A stretch of 63,744 bases of DNA, counting the filler, from Atractiella rhizophila (lineage: Eukaryota): the NCBI GenBank assembly GCA_021432655.1. It is 9 parts of 9 records of this genome, joined end to end, with 100 filler letters (N's around TTAATTAATTAA, not from the genome) between each part and the next. Parts side by side here need not be neighbours in the genome. Positions count along the whole stretch, not along the records: positions 25,454 to 33,821 come from MU272159.1; positions 33,922 to 42,196 come from MU272161.1; 7 more parts are not named here. One strand, written 5' to 3'. The number at the start of each line of letters is the position of its first letter. The first letter of the stretch is position 1. Both the position numbers and the translations under genes were made by a program. The notes under the pieces are model-generated. The model was not told where the DNA came from and ran no database searches. It was given only the letters and a program-made list of their open reading frames with translations. This document shows, in pieces, positions 25,454 through 38,800 of this stretch.

Positions 25454-27199
25454 TACTCACCCCGCTCGCACTTCGCCAGAATTCAAGTCATCCCTCCACT
25501 CCCTCCTCGACCTCCTTCGCAAATGGGCGCGCGACAAACCTCCGGCAGTACGAGAATCCTCCGCTTCCTTTGAACTGGATGCAATCCCTGATCCGTCAGG
25601 TCACCTCAGACCCGCGCTCCAGGCTGCTGATCGACTTTTCTCTCGCTTCACGCAGGGTTCATTCAAGGAGCTTCTTCAGGTCGGAGGAGCCTTCCTCAGC
25701 GACATAGACTCTAGCCCTCCTCTTGCAGAACTATACGATCGAGCTGATGCCTACCTCAGAAGACTCATCGATGACGTTGGCTATGCCGAGTCAGAGGAAT
25801 CAACCGAAGACGGGAGGAAGCTTTACAACGAGTGGAAGCAGATTAATACGGATGCTAGTTCGCCCAACGGAAGGAAGCTCCAAGAGATTTTGGAAAGAGA
25901 TTCCAGGAATTTTGTCGAGGACAAGGATGTGCAGAGAGTCAAGACGGCGAACGTCAACCTTGGGAAAACGGCGATTGATTGGGTCGGCATTCTGGGAGTA
26001 CAAGGAGCAGAACAAGCTGCAGGAAGCCTCAATTTTACTCGAGATGCGTTGAACGATCTGCTCGACGTTCTCTTGCCACGTGTTTTCGCTTATGTCAAGA
26101 GTCTCCCAATCCCGAGGTGCGCTTTGATGTGTCTCATGAGAAAACAACTAATGAAATGAGCAGAACGGAATACGTTTCTCCCGAAGGAGAGTTCGTCATG
26201 GAGAATGTCAACTTGTCCTCTGTTCAGATTCTTCCAGGGAAAATCAAGGTCTCTCAGACTATCGATACGGATATCTCGAAAAAGGACACCTCTTCTGACG
26301 CCAATCAACACACGACTACTCACGGTCATGTCGTCATTCGCGGAGGTCAGTTTAAAGCTCAGGATGTGTCGTATTGGATGAAAACGAAAGAAGTTCCGCT
26401 CCTCAAGTCCGATAGTGGAATTGCGGACGTTTCCCTCCCTCCCGAGGGCTTCGACGCGACGATTGCCTACAAGCTGTCTTCCAAGACGGGTAACGAGCGA
26501 ACTACCTTTTGGGAAGTCACGAAAGTTGACGTCATTCTACACGACTTTGACTTAGTGATCAGAGAAAACCAGCACAGTGTTCTCAGCAAGCTGTTCAAAG
26601 GCACCCTTCGTTCCGGTGTCAAGAAAATGTTTGAAAGGACCCTGGAGAACTATCTACAGTATGTCATCTCTTCCCCTTGCAAGCTGCAAGCTCAAAACGT
26701 CCTAGACTCGCCTTTGATTTTGCCGATCACGTAGCATGGGATGTGAGGAAGAGATACGGAGTGTTTAAGGACACAGGCTTGAATGATTCCGCTGCCTTCT
26801 TGGGGGCAGTCAAGAGTGAAATTGGCTATCTTTCACAGCAACCTAGTGTGTGGGATGGGATGCAGCTCACAAGTGTACGTTCGCCCAACTCCTTTCAGCC
26901 ATTTCTGAAAGCGTGAGTTCCTACAGGTCGGTATTATTAAAGACGATCCGAAATCCGACAAGGCCTTTGCTGTTGGCGCAGCTCCGCAACTCATCAGTGG
27001 AGACAAGCACGGCCCTCTTGCTCATACAACAGCGGAAAGTGGAGTCGCCATGGAGGTTGATTCTGGAACCAGCAGACAAGCGCAGAATATCGGAGCAGAA
27101 GCCAAAGGTAGGGTGAATAGCTTCAAGGATGCCGTTACCGCTAGGACGGAATTGGAAAGGAACAGAGATGGTTGGAGAACCGACGCCTTCGATTTGTAA
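25454..27199 (+). CDS. HAM1-like/DUF4449 (S. pombe C32A11.02c-like) protein, 5'-truncated, multi-exon
   Basis: LLPRVFAYVKSLPIPR|TEYVSPEGEFVMENVNLSSVQILPGKI, FWEVTKVDV...HSVLSKLFK, and terminal GWRTDAFDL*. Confidence 0.65.
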
Positions 27200-27329
27200 A
27201 TTTGTCTCTGCTAACGATATCCTCAAATAATATCGGAATAGACCTCGGAAACCAAAGATGTAAATAAATCTGAAATACGATTGATACGAGTATGTATTCA
27301 CCAAATGAAAATGTTCTGTATTATTACAG

Positions 27330-29593
27330 CTAGAGCTCCCTCCTGACCCGCTGTTGGGCCTCAACAGCCCAAAGCTTCAGAACATCTGCACGTTCAAGGA
27401 ACTCCTTGTCATCCACGACTCCTTCTTCTTCAGGCCTTCCATAAACTGCAGAAGTCAACCAAACCTCCGCTCCAGCTCTCAAGTCGATCATTGAGATGAG
27501 AGTTGGTATGACAGTTCGAGCATCCATGATATTCGTGTTTGGATCGGCCAAGACGACCACTCCTCGTCGTGGCGGAGCTTGATCCCATGAGAAGTCCTTG
27601 ATTCCGACAATCCCAGCTTTACTTCTAGCCCAAGCCTCCCCTTCTTTTTCTAGTTTTCCTTGTTGCGCAGAGATATCGGAGACATAGGGTAATACTCGTC
27701 CCTCACCCTCCGCACGTCCATGAATCGCCCATGCTCCATCTGCGAGTTTCAGCCTCCTGCCTCCTCCAGAGGAGCCGATGTAGCGAAGACGGTGGATGCG
27801 AAGGTGCCAGCCTGGAAGTAGAACGTTGCCGTCAGAATCGAGAGGTGGAGGAACGAGGATAGTCAGGATTTCTGTGTTGCGGAAAGGCATCCACGTTCCA
27901 ACAAGGACGCCGTCCTTGATTCTTTCTTCCTTCACTACTCTGCGGACCTTCCAGCTTTCCCATCCTGATACCACCTTGCCGTTGTCTGTATTCAGGAGTC
28001 CAGCATTTAAGTCGTCTTCTTCGTCCGCGTCGCAGACGGCGAGCATGGAATCGGCTGCCTTCTGCTCAAGTCCAATGTCGCCGACGGGAACAGAATAGCC
28101 GAATGCGGCACTGTATGAGAATTTGCCGTATCTGTAAACAAATCATGTCAGGGCGGCATATTTGCGATAGAGAAACTATTTACTTTTCTGATCCAGCGCG
28201 TAAGGGGTAGTGACAAGCTTGGCCCGAGGAAAGCAGGTAGGAATGATTACCGTCCGTTACGACTATGTGCGAGGGTTCCTCCAGTTCGACCACTTTTGGA
28301 AGGTTGAGTGTTGGATCATTGAATGGGGATGGAAGCTCTTCCTCCTTCCAAAACGGATGTTCCTCCCCTTGAGCAAGACAAGCGAAGATTTTCATCGCCC
28401 TGCAAGACATCAGAAGCTATTCCACTGAACAAGACTAACCCGTACCAATATGGACTGCCATCCGAGTTATAGTTTCTGCACAATATCAGGCGGCTTTTGG
28501 AGCAGACAGGGACTCGACTTACTCAGTCATGTTCATATTAGGATACGTGTACCCGATGGTCATTGTCCCATCCTCATGCAGCCATTCCTCTTGGGACAAC
28601 CACCAACGAAGATGGCGTAGGATGATGCCCTTCACGTGTCCCCAATGCAGACCGGATGGAGGAGGCACGTTGGCAAAAACCATTGCACTCCAAAATGCCA
28701 CCATGGCGAAACGATAAATATGCGATCTACCAAACGGTATTGGACGTCCTTTCATATTCCATGAGAACTGGTTCCAGCGCGGGTAGACAAACCTACCTTT
28801 CCTGTCCACATAATGAAGGAAGCTCTGTGCGTAAGCCGTAGCACGCTCCCTATACTCTTCACACCGAACTGGATCTTCTTTCGAACGGATGGCAGAATAA
28901 ACCAGTTGTTCAAACTGGATCGCAAAGCTGCCACTATAATAATCAATCTGCTTTACTCCAGCTGGCCCGTCACGAGAAAAACCATTAGACAGGTAAAACG
29001 AGTCCAAGCGGTCCAGGTCTGCTTGGAGCTGGGAGGGAGAGTACGGAGCGGAGGGAATATTGAGATTAAGCAGTGCAAGATTGGCGAAGACCTTGCAAGA
29101 CGTGAAAATCCATGTGGAAGGAAAGAAAAGGACACCGTACTCGAAACCAACGCCAATTTGTGTCTGGGATATCCTTCGAATTTAACCCTGTCAACCACTT
29201 CGCACACCGTTCCTTTCCATCTTCACTCATCCGCTCACTAAGTCTCCCAACCACAATCGCAAATCCAACGGGTGCACATTCCACCATTCTCTGGTCTCTA
29301 TCGCGTATCTCTCCGATTTCGTTGACCTTTTCAAGTCCCTGAATCCAACTTGCGGCCAATTCCAGGTCGGGCTCGACAGCAGTGAGAGAAGCGAGTCCCC
29401 ATAATGGGCGAGCAAATGCTTCGAAAGCAGCAGCATGTCGATCGTAATGTGTCGCATGAGGACCAATCCCAAATTCATGTACGGGACTGCCATTGACAGG
29501 CTTGATAGCTTCCAGGAGATTCTCGAGGATGGCACGGACATCAGTTCGCGTTCGCGCCTCGCGAAGTGCATGGATAGTGTGTCTTGGCGTCAT
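27330..29593 (-). CDS. DUF2264 (GH154-like) protein, multi-exon
   Basis: ATHYDRHAAAFEAFARPLWGLASL, DRDQRMVE, NWRWFRV, DGP..KQIDYYSGSFA, IPFGRSHIYRFA, IGYTYPNMNMTE|YNSDGSPYW, YGKFSYS. Confidence 0.9.
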
Positions 29594-30543
29594 CTTGTTA
29601 CACAAATGAAGGTTTTTGGGGGTAGAGCAACCAGAGCGGGAAAGGGCTCTCCTTTATAAATCTGTCAATCGATGTGCACTCCGGAGCAACGGTCCGTCCT
29701 TCCGTCTCTTTGCCCGTACTCAGGGAGGCCAATTTGGAGAATGCTGGGCATCCAGTCGGCCTCTCAGTCATCAGAAAATGTATGCAACTTGAATCAGGAA
29801 TTCTCGATTTCAGGACGACGCATAGTATTCAGCCTAAGGTATTGCGACCTTGAGTATTTATGGCCGCCGAGTTCAGGAATAAGAGTGATATAACGGGCAA
29901 TCTTTTCCTCCTCCAATACGCCTGCCTGTATCCCTTTGTCTATTAGGGACAAAATTGAATGGATGGTATCGAGCGGTCAGGAAATTGGGCGTCATGATGA
30001 GAAGTCTTTTCACAGACAAGGCTTTGTTGTGAATCGCACTGGTTCGCGTTGGACAGCTCAGGTGCTATATATCGTTCTGGTTTCAGTTGTCCTTATGGTA
30101 ATGATACCTTGATGCCATGATACCTCCAAATTGTGGAATGGAGCTCAAAAATCGCACAGGAACAGGCCGACAGTCCAGCAATCCAATTTTTGGCTATGAA
30201 AAAGACATACTTCATTCCCCCATCAGTTGCTTCCTGCGGTGTTCATCTCCCCTTCCCTCGTTCGAGTTTGGAGCTGTGTAGGTCGTGTGTAGGTGGTTGG
30301 TGGCCATGGATCGTGCAAGTGGTTCCCTGAACTTTATGACAAACCCTCCTCATTCCCCTGATTCCACAATATTGACGAGTTCGCCATTCATCATAAGAGA
30401 CCTTGATGTTTTGATGCGATATCATTGAGAATTAGTGCAGAAATAATCTGCTACTCGCTTCCTGCTCAGCACCAAAATCATCCGATCAAGAACCGGTGTC
30501 ATCCGGAACTACCAATTTCCACTTCAATCGAGCGAGCGTCAGC

Positions 30544-33500
30544 ATGGAAGCAGCGACAGCCTTCCTTGTTCCCCCCCTGCCCCCGTCTATTCCCTCTACG
30601 CCCAATCCGCCTGTCAAACGCGGCAGAGGACGTCCGCCTAAATCCCAACCTTCCACACCAGCTAACAACGGAGGTTCGACTTCGCATGTAACCAGCAATG
30701 GAGAAGGGAGCAGCAGCAAGAGTGCCAAGAAGGAGAAGAATGGGTTAGTATCCTCCTTCCAGTCGAAATTCCCTGGTTTGGGAAGAGAATGGCCTCGACA
30801 TTGTGGATTTTGAGTGGGGTCGTTGTTCTGTTCCGTTTCTTACCTCGTTATTTCGTCTTGTTTTCATGCTGAACAATCTTAGAAAAATTCTGCGAGCATT
30901 GTAGCGTTGGTCCGAGCGCAATTGAATGGGTGGATCGAGAGTTATCGTCCCATGCTGTCACTTGAGACGGAGCGGGATGAGAGTCGAAGATCGGCCAAAC
31001 TCCCTGCTTCCTCCTTCAAAGTGTGCTTAATCTCTTTATATGGGCTTTCGACGGGCCTGTGCAAAATTTCGCTGGATTTGAATCATTATTTCTCCTCTAA
31101 AACATTTATCTCTGGAAGGTGTTCACGGAAGGAATGTTGATAACATGCCCTCATACAGGCTCCCGTTCTCCCTGGCACAAACCACGGTCTTTTCCTCTCT
31201 CGCCCTCACTTTCCCCTCGGACGATGCGGCAGGCATTGGACCCGTTCCGCGTTCGACTCTCCCTAACCCACCACACGCTTCACTCAACCCTTCCCGGCTC
31301 TCCCAAAAGCAGACCAAAGCGCCAGTAGTCCCTATGTCCTCACTACGAACCCAATCTCCAATTCCTCGAGGATACGACGAAGCTTCTCGGAAGGAGAGAA
31401 TTTTCGGTTTGGAGAGAGGGCCGACTTTCTATCCGACGGCGGAGGAGTGGGCGGATCCAATGGCGTATATCCAAAGATTGGCGAAACCTGTGGGAGAGGA
31501 AGGCGGTCTAGGAGCGGCTGAGTATGGGATAGCGAAAATTGTGCCGCCACAGGGTTGGCAGATGACTTGGGATATGGATACTGAGGTTCGTTGTCATGAT
31601 TTCTCTATGGTGGTAGATTCGGTGGCTGTTCGTTAACTTCGGCTTCTTTGCTTTTGTGGTGTCTAGGTGTTCAGATTCAAGACGCGAGTGCAAACGTTGA
31701 ATTCGATGGAGGCGTGCGCGAGGGCGAACCTCAATTTTATGGAACAGCTCTACATATTCCATAAGCAACAAGGTGTGCTTTCCCGACCTTTCAAACCCTG
31801 GGTGTAAGAAAGAATCTAGACAAGAGTCCACACTCGAAAATCACTGTCCCCCAGATCAACCATCGCCCTGTGGACTTGTGGAGATTGAGGAAAGAGGTGC
31901 ATTCCCAAGGAGGATATCAGGCAGTTCGTCTTCCCTCCTCCTAAGATAAACTGTTTGACGGCCTGTGAAGATCACTCAAGCCCGCAAGTGGCCATCCGTC
32001 GCTAAGTCATTGGGCTACGACGTTCGTAACGTCCCGTCTGTCTCATCTCAGCTCAAGACGGCGTTCCAACGTATCATCCTTCCTTTTGATGAATTCATGG
32101 CCAATTCCCCTTCATCCTCTTCCGCCACATCGACCAATCCAAGCATCACTCCGAAACCAGCAGCTCGATCCAACTTAATCGTCAAAGAGGAAAGTTTGGA
32201 GACGCCCAAAGTTATGGAGAGGGTGAAGGAGGCTACGAAGCGTCTGGAAGAGGCGCTAAATACGGAGTCGGGGATGGAGGTGGAAGAGGAAGTACCTCCA
32301 GGGGAGGTGCGTCATTCGATCTCGTCTCTCATCTCCAACAATCGGATTGAACTGTGGGTTACTTTGGGTTGGATAGCTATGCGAGGTCTGCGGAACGGAT
32401 GATCGCCCTGAAGCAATCTTGCTTTGTGACGGTTGCGAGCGCGGTTGGCACCTTGACTGCCTCACCCCTCCTCTGAAATCGGTACCCAAATCTCCCTCGT
32501 GGCTGTGCGATGGATGTCTGCGGGTCATTGGAGGGGACTATGGCTTCGATGAGGGGCAAACGCATTCTTTGTACTCATTTAAGAAGCGAGCGGACAGGTT
32601 TCGGGAACTATGGTTGGCAAGGCATCCGGTGAAGCATACGAGAGAAGGTGAAGTTGAGAGGGAGCTGGCGATGGAAGATCATCTGGAGAGGGAGTTCTGG
32701 AGGCTAGTGGAGAGCCCTAGTGAAACGGTAGAAGTGGAATATGGAGCTGATATTCATGCATCAAAATATGGGAGGTTCGTATTCTTTTAGTCCCAATTCC
32801 TCCGCATGGCCTTTAACATGCTTAATTGCCGTCAATAGTGGTCTTCCCGGTCTCGAGAAAGACCCGACAAACCCTTATGCAAGGGACGGGTGGAACCTCA
32901 ACAATCTCCCTATCCTACCAGGGTCCCTCCTGCGATACATTAAATCCGACGTTTCTGGCATGACCGTTCCTTGGGTTTATGTTGGGATGCTCTTCTCCAC
33001 CTTTGCATGGCACAAGGAAGACCATTACACCTACTCGTGAGCTCACTCGCTTAATCCTTCCCGGGAGCGTCCGCTCATTCGAGTATGTAATAGAATCAAC
33101 TTCCAATCATGGGGCGCAACCAAGACTTGGTACGGAGTTCCAGGGCACCAAGATGAGCTTTTGGATTCTGCTATGAAAGCTGCGGCTCCCGAGTTATTCC
33201 AACAACAGCCCGACCTCCTTTTCCAGCTGGTCACACTTATGTCTCCCGGACGCTTAAAAAAAGCAGGTGTGAAGGTCTACGCAGTCGACCAACGACCGAA
33301 CGAGTTTGTAATCACTTTTCCGAAGGCGTATCACGCAGGATTCAATCAAGGGCTGAACTATAATACCGCTGTAAACTTCGCGTGAGTCTCTCTTGCTGGT
33401 ATCCGATCAGGAACTTTGAACTAAATGGCGATGGTACAGGCTTCCGGACTGGCTCGACAAAGGACTGGAGTGTGTGATGGCATATAAGGAATTGTCGAAG

Positions 33501-33821
33501 CCCCCTGTCTTTTGTCATGACGAGTTATTGGTTACCATCTCCATCCACGACAAGACGGCAGGCACATCGAAATGGTGAGTGTTTTCTTTCTGCTGTAACC
33601 ACGAATTAACTCGGATGTAGGCTCCTCCCAGCATACCGGGAGATGGTTGACCGAGAGGTCCGACGCCGCAACGTCTTGCGAGAGGAACTCCCTGAGATCG
33701 AAGAGGACGTCGACTCTCAGGATGTAGCGGATGGGGAGTATCAATGCTCACGGTGTCAAGGGATGTACTACCTTTCTCAAGTCATCCACCGACCCTCAGC
33801 CCGCATCACATGTTTGGAACA
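30544..33821 (+). CDS. KDM5: KDM5/JARID1 (Lid2/Jhd2-like) histone H3K4 demethylase: AT-hook, JmjN, ARID, PHD, JmjC, start of C5HC2 finger; 3'-truncated
   Basis: Jmj[18 protein letters not shown]...[31 protein letters not shown]...[14 protein letters not shown]...WLCDGC; Jmj[26 protein letters not shown]. Confidence 0.95.
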
Positions 33822-33934
33822 NNNNNNNNNNNNNNNNNNNNNNNNNNNNNNNNNNNNNNNNNNNNTTAATTAATTAANNNNNNNNNNNNNNNNNNNNNNN
33901 NNNNNNNNNNNNNNNNNNNNNCAGATTGAGTAGC

Positions 33935-34085
33935 AGACCCGTCGCCCAAGGGGTCGGAGACCGTCGGGGTTAAAACTGGTCGAAAACTGGTCGACCACAC
34001 GGGGGGAATCGGGCTGTCTCTGACCGAAATTTTACTTTCGGGGACAGGCTGTCCCCGAGTGCAGGCCGGGTCTGTCTCCGAACTA
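33935..34085. repeat. Cluster of short direct and inverted repeats, likely transposon subterminal region
   Basis: AAAACTGGTCG twice in tandem (33972-33993). Perfect 10-bp inverted repeat TCGGGGACAG-G-CTGTCCCCGA (34038-34058). Related motifs GGTCGGAGAC, CTGTCTCTGA, CTGTCTCCGA. Confidence 0.6.
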
Positions 34086-35806
34086 ACGGAACCGAAACTT
34101 CCTCTCCTTGCTTCTTGCTTTGGGTGCTCGAAGCATCCCAGTCAATCCTTAATCTTTCCTTTGGACCAGAGAGCCCGAGGATTCTGCGTTCAGAGGAGTT
34201 TGAAACGGAGTATTCTGTTCTTTCCAGCTTTCCCGGAAACCTGACTGGAACTGGAAACTGCTTGCTGAAAAAAGTCATAATTCTACACCTGCCATTTTGT
34301 CAAGTTGTCCAATGTAGCCCATTTTTACAACTATGCTTTCCATCCAGGCTTCCCTGCAGCGCAGCTCATTCGTTGTTTCCAGTCCCCGTCCTGATAGGAT
34401 ATGCAGTTTTCACGTGCGGGATTCCTGGACAGATTGGCACATAGTGACTTACTTCCCGATGAGCCATTTCAGGATGACAGGATGCTCAGGTTCTCCGATG
34501 CCGTATTCAACTGAGCTTCTTCGCTTCTTTTTGGAAGAAAGTATGGATTTGCGCTCCAGGCTTGATTCTGTTGCAGACGTCACGAAACTATGTAAATATT
34601 GAAGGCGGCTTAGGAACAGGGCTCCGCAGGACTTGTCTGCCAGATTTCGCCGCCTTGCGCACTGACGCCAATGTTTCGGAGGGAAGCTGGTCTTCCTGAT
34701 CTCTGAACGGCATCATTCCTACCTCCAGTAAATCAGTGATCCTCCCTTCTGTCGAACTCTCACTACCCTCCTCCCACATCGGTCCGAGGCGTCCCTGGAG
34801 AACAGTGCGTGACTTTTGTCTTTTACCCAGTTGTAGTTGGATTGACCATGCGTCATAAACATGGCAGTAGTTCTAATGACCTATTATCCCAGATCTTCAC
34901 TCCGATAACGACACTACTCCTACCCTTCCGATTTCACCTTTATCCAGCTTGTCGTACCAAACAATCAACTTATCTTCCACACCACTCCATTCGCATTCGC
35001 ATTACGCCTCACCCCGTTTCTCTCCACCTCGTCCAATTCAAGTTCGGTTGTGACCTACTCTCCCATTGCTCTATTCGATTTCTCATTTAGTAGATGAAGA
35101 TAATCAATTGAGATTTCGCTGCCATCACAAGACCTCTTGTATGTCACTTTCAACATGTTCCTACACCATTAGTGGGCCGATACAGTGCTTCGGTATCTTT
35201 CAGGTCGCCTCGCCTGTGCTCAATCAAACGCCACTCTAATGCGTCGGTTGCTTGACGCGTGGATTCATGAGCACCAGAAGGGAGGGGCGGGAAGCAGCGA
35301 TGAGGTTGTATTCTTCTAGGAGGAGGAGTCGCCGAAGAGATTGGGAAGTAACCCAGCGCCGCACCTGCATACTGACCTTAGCCGCTTGAGAGGGTAGGAC
35401 CATGTATTTCATATCGAGCGGCGGATGCGGCATTAGATTTGCGAAGCTATGTTTGGTTGAAGGGGAGGATTGAATATTGACTTTGGTGTGTTGTTGATGG
35501 AAGACGCGATCTGTCCAGAACTTGGACATCTGTCACAGTATTGCACATATTGCAAGCCAGCTGTTTTGGAGCCTCAATACTATCAAGAGCTAATCCTATT
35601 CATGGAGGAGATAGGTTGAAGAAGTCTCCTTCGTCGTACCATGGGTCAATTTACCTTCGTTCATGCTTCTTCCCTTCTGTGCATCACTGTTCTTCGGAAC
35701 ATTCAGCTAGGTTATACTCGTTATAACGCGATGATGAGCTACATTTACTATGTAGTAACAAGTTGATATTAAAACATTACTTCCTTGAGGCTTCTGCTGC
35801 AAATGC

Positions 35807-38800
35807 TCAATTTGAGCGGCCTCTATCAAGATCGACTGCTAACAGGATCTCATGTTTAATCCCAAATGAAGACGCTGGCCTGACAATATGTGCATGATGA
35901 CATTTAATCTGTTGAATGCCAATGAGCACATCCCTCCGACCACGACAATGATAAAAGCTATGTCCTTTGAGCCCTGGCCTTTGACCAAATGGTTCTGGTT
36001 TCGCAGCGTCCGAGGCATCAAGAACACCGTAAACAGAGACAACGGCAAAGATTTCAAAAATAAGGCCAGTGGGAGCTTGCCTGTCCTCCCGGAAGTGTTG
36101 AAAAATAGAAGAAATCTGTCCCCACCTCTCCTGTCCCGTTTCATCGAAAAAGATGGTGCCACTGTTGCCCTTGTGCTTGTTGTAGGTACTGAATTGACGG
36201 GTTTTCCTCTCGAATCGAGAAATATATCGCACTCAGGGTGTAGGAATCGGTCGTAGGCGCTCTTTTTGGAGGCGGAGGATTTGGAAGTGCTCATAAAATT
36301 GTAGGCTCCCGCTGGTCGAGTGACAGCAAGTAAATGCAAAAGAGCAAGGTAGTTAATGCTTCTCTTGTGGCTGACGATAATGCAACGTATTCGGCCTCTG
36401 TTAATGACACTAGAGATTGTTTCTTGCTCTTCCAAATTACCGCTCTTCCAGCGCGTGTAAAGAGCATTCCCGTAATAGACCTTCAATCGTGGCTGGCAGC
36501 GAAATCAGAATCAGAGTATCCAAAAGGTCTTTCATCCTCAGAAATAATTGCGAAGCTCCGAGAAGTGTATAGTGACGCCCACACTCTCAGTGGTCCTCCC
36601 AGAAGTGTTGAAAAATAGAAGAAATCTGTCCCCACCTCTCCTGTCCCGTTTCATCGAAAAAGATGGTGCCACTGTTGCCCTTGTGCTTGTTGTAGGTACT
36701 GAATTGACGGGTTTTCCTCTCGAATCGAGAAATATATCGCACTCAGGGTGTAGGAATCGGTCGTAGGCGCTCTTTTTGGAGGCGGAGGATTTGGAAGTGC
36801 TCATAAAATTGTAGGCTCCCGCCGGTCGAGTGACAGCAAGTAAATGCAAAAGAGCAAGGTAGTTCGTGTCAGCTAAAGGTTTTGCTTCCTTCCCCCATTT
36901 GGTGAATTCGTCTTCAGTCGCAAGAGATGGTAAGTCTTTCGTGAGCTGTAGACCACCTGGACCGCGATCTACCAAGACGTTCATTGGCTGTTCTAGAAGC
37001 GGAAGGACTGAAGCAGCTGAATCTCCAAGCTTATCTTTGTTGTTCTTCATCCAAGCAAGCAACCGTGCCTTTCGACAATATTGACGTAAACTTATGATAT
37101 CGATATTGTCTAAAGCATGTTGAGTGCTTTGAACAGGTTGTTAGAAGCTTGTCTTACCAAGTTTCCCATTATTCAGTGACCTCCCGAAGTTGCCAATAAC
37201 GCGCTCTCCCGGCCACTCTGAAACATACATCAGGGGGCCCCAATATTGGAGAAGTTCAGCTATATGCATAGCAAAGTGGTGGTTAGGCACAGCTTTTGAG
37301 TGTGGGAAAAGAGCTTTGAGGCCTTGGCGAAAAGCTTTGTAGGCTCTAAGATACTGGTCTGCCTCGATAACCGTTACGGAATATGCGCAGGCAATATTGG
37401 CCGCCGTAACGAGATTTGCAAAGTTGTCGAACAGAGCTGTGTTTCTCTCATTTGAAGAATCTTGCAGCCATAAGGTGCCTAATGTTAACGGTAAAAATAT
37501 TGTATAGAGATTAAACCAGGCGTCTGCTTTGAGTCTTCCAGCACTGGCATAGCCGAGATCAGAAGGCAAGCGTTCCACCCAAGAAGGGACTTGGACTTCG
37601 TCCATAGATTCTCGGAGACGCAAAAATTCGGCTCGTTGGAAGATGCAAGAAACCTTGGACTCAGATGCCCGTGGCCTCATTTGTTTCCGGGTTGAATCCC
37701 TCCAGGCAGTAGACTCTTCTTCCGAAGGAGAATAGTTCTCCTCCGCTTCTGCGTCAAAATCTGAGTTGCTATCCAATAAATGTGATGCACTCGGAGGGTT
37801 TGGGGCATTCGCAGGAGCTGCAGATTTCTGGCGTAGATTCCGTCTCCCTGATCCGGCACCTTCTGGAACGTCATAATTAGCATCGACAGTGTGCTGGTAC
37901 CAGGACCTTTCAGCAGCAAGGTCAACAGGTGGACCAGCATTTGCAAGTGCAGCTTCCTCTCGTTCTTCTTCCAGAGCAGCTACTTCAGCTGCCATGTCCA
38001 GGTCATCATCGTCCAATGAAATATCGTCATCCTCATCGGATGGTGGCGGCAGTTCAGTGTTGGCACCAGTATTTGAGCCCTTCTGCTTCGTTATAGCATT
38101 GATGCCCCACTGCCTTCGAAAATGATTCTGCAGCAAGCCCTCACAGACATTATGCATCACTCCAAGGACTGTGTGACGAACAGGGTCTCGATATCGGAGA
38201 CGATTCAAAACTGAGTACCGCACCCCGTACTTTCTAAAAGTTGCTTCTCTTTGCTCGTGAGTTTGTGCTTTGTGCCAGAGATCCGCTCCGACAAGGTGTT
38301 CTTCCTTTGTCCGTGGCTCCCATCTCTCGATGTCCAACCTGTCAATGTCTTTTCGATGTAGCTTGCACAAGGAGCAAAAAAGGCTGGCACTGTGAGAAGC
38401 AAACGCAGCAACTTTCCGCAAAGCAGGGATGTCCCCAATGAGCACAAGAAGCAAAACACAGAACACGAGCCCTAGTGTGGGATTGGTGGGCGTACGAAAT
38501 ACTCTGCCTTCTTGCAAAATTTCTAGATCTTGCACAATAGGTTCAAGGATGTTATTGATCGTAGTAACCGTAGGCTCTTTCCCTCCAGGCGTTAACCCAG
38601 CAACGAATAGGTTCTCAGGACGATATCGAGCATTGATCGGTAAATTTAAGCAAAAGAAGATAAAAATACCGGTTGAACGCTGTTTTTCAGCGATTCTCAT
38701 CGTGAAAGGATTGTACCAGTCGCTGAAAAATGAAAAAACTAGGTTCTCCTTTTTGTAGGTAAACAGCTGCCCATTCGCATCTTTGAGGTTTCGCCATACT

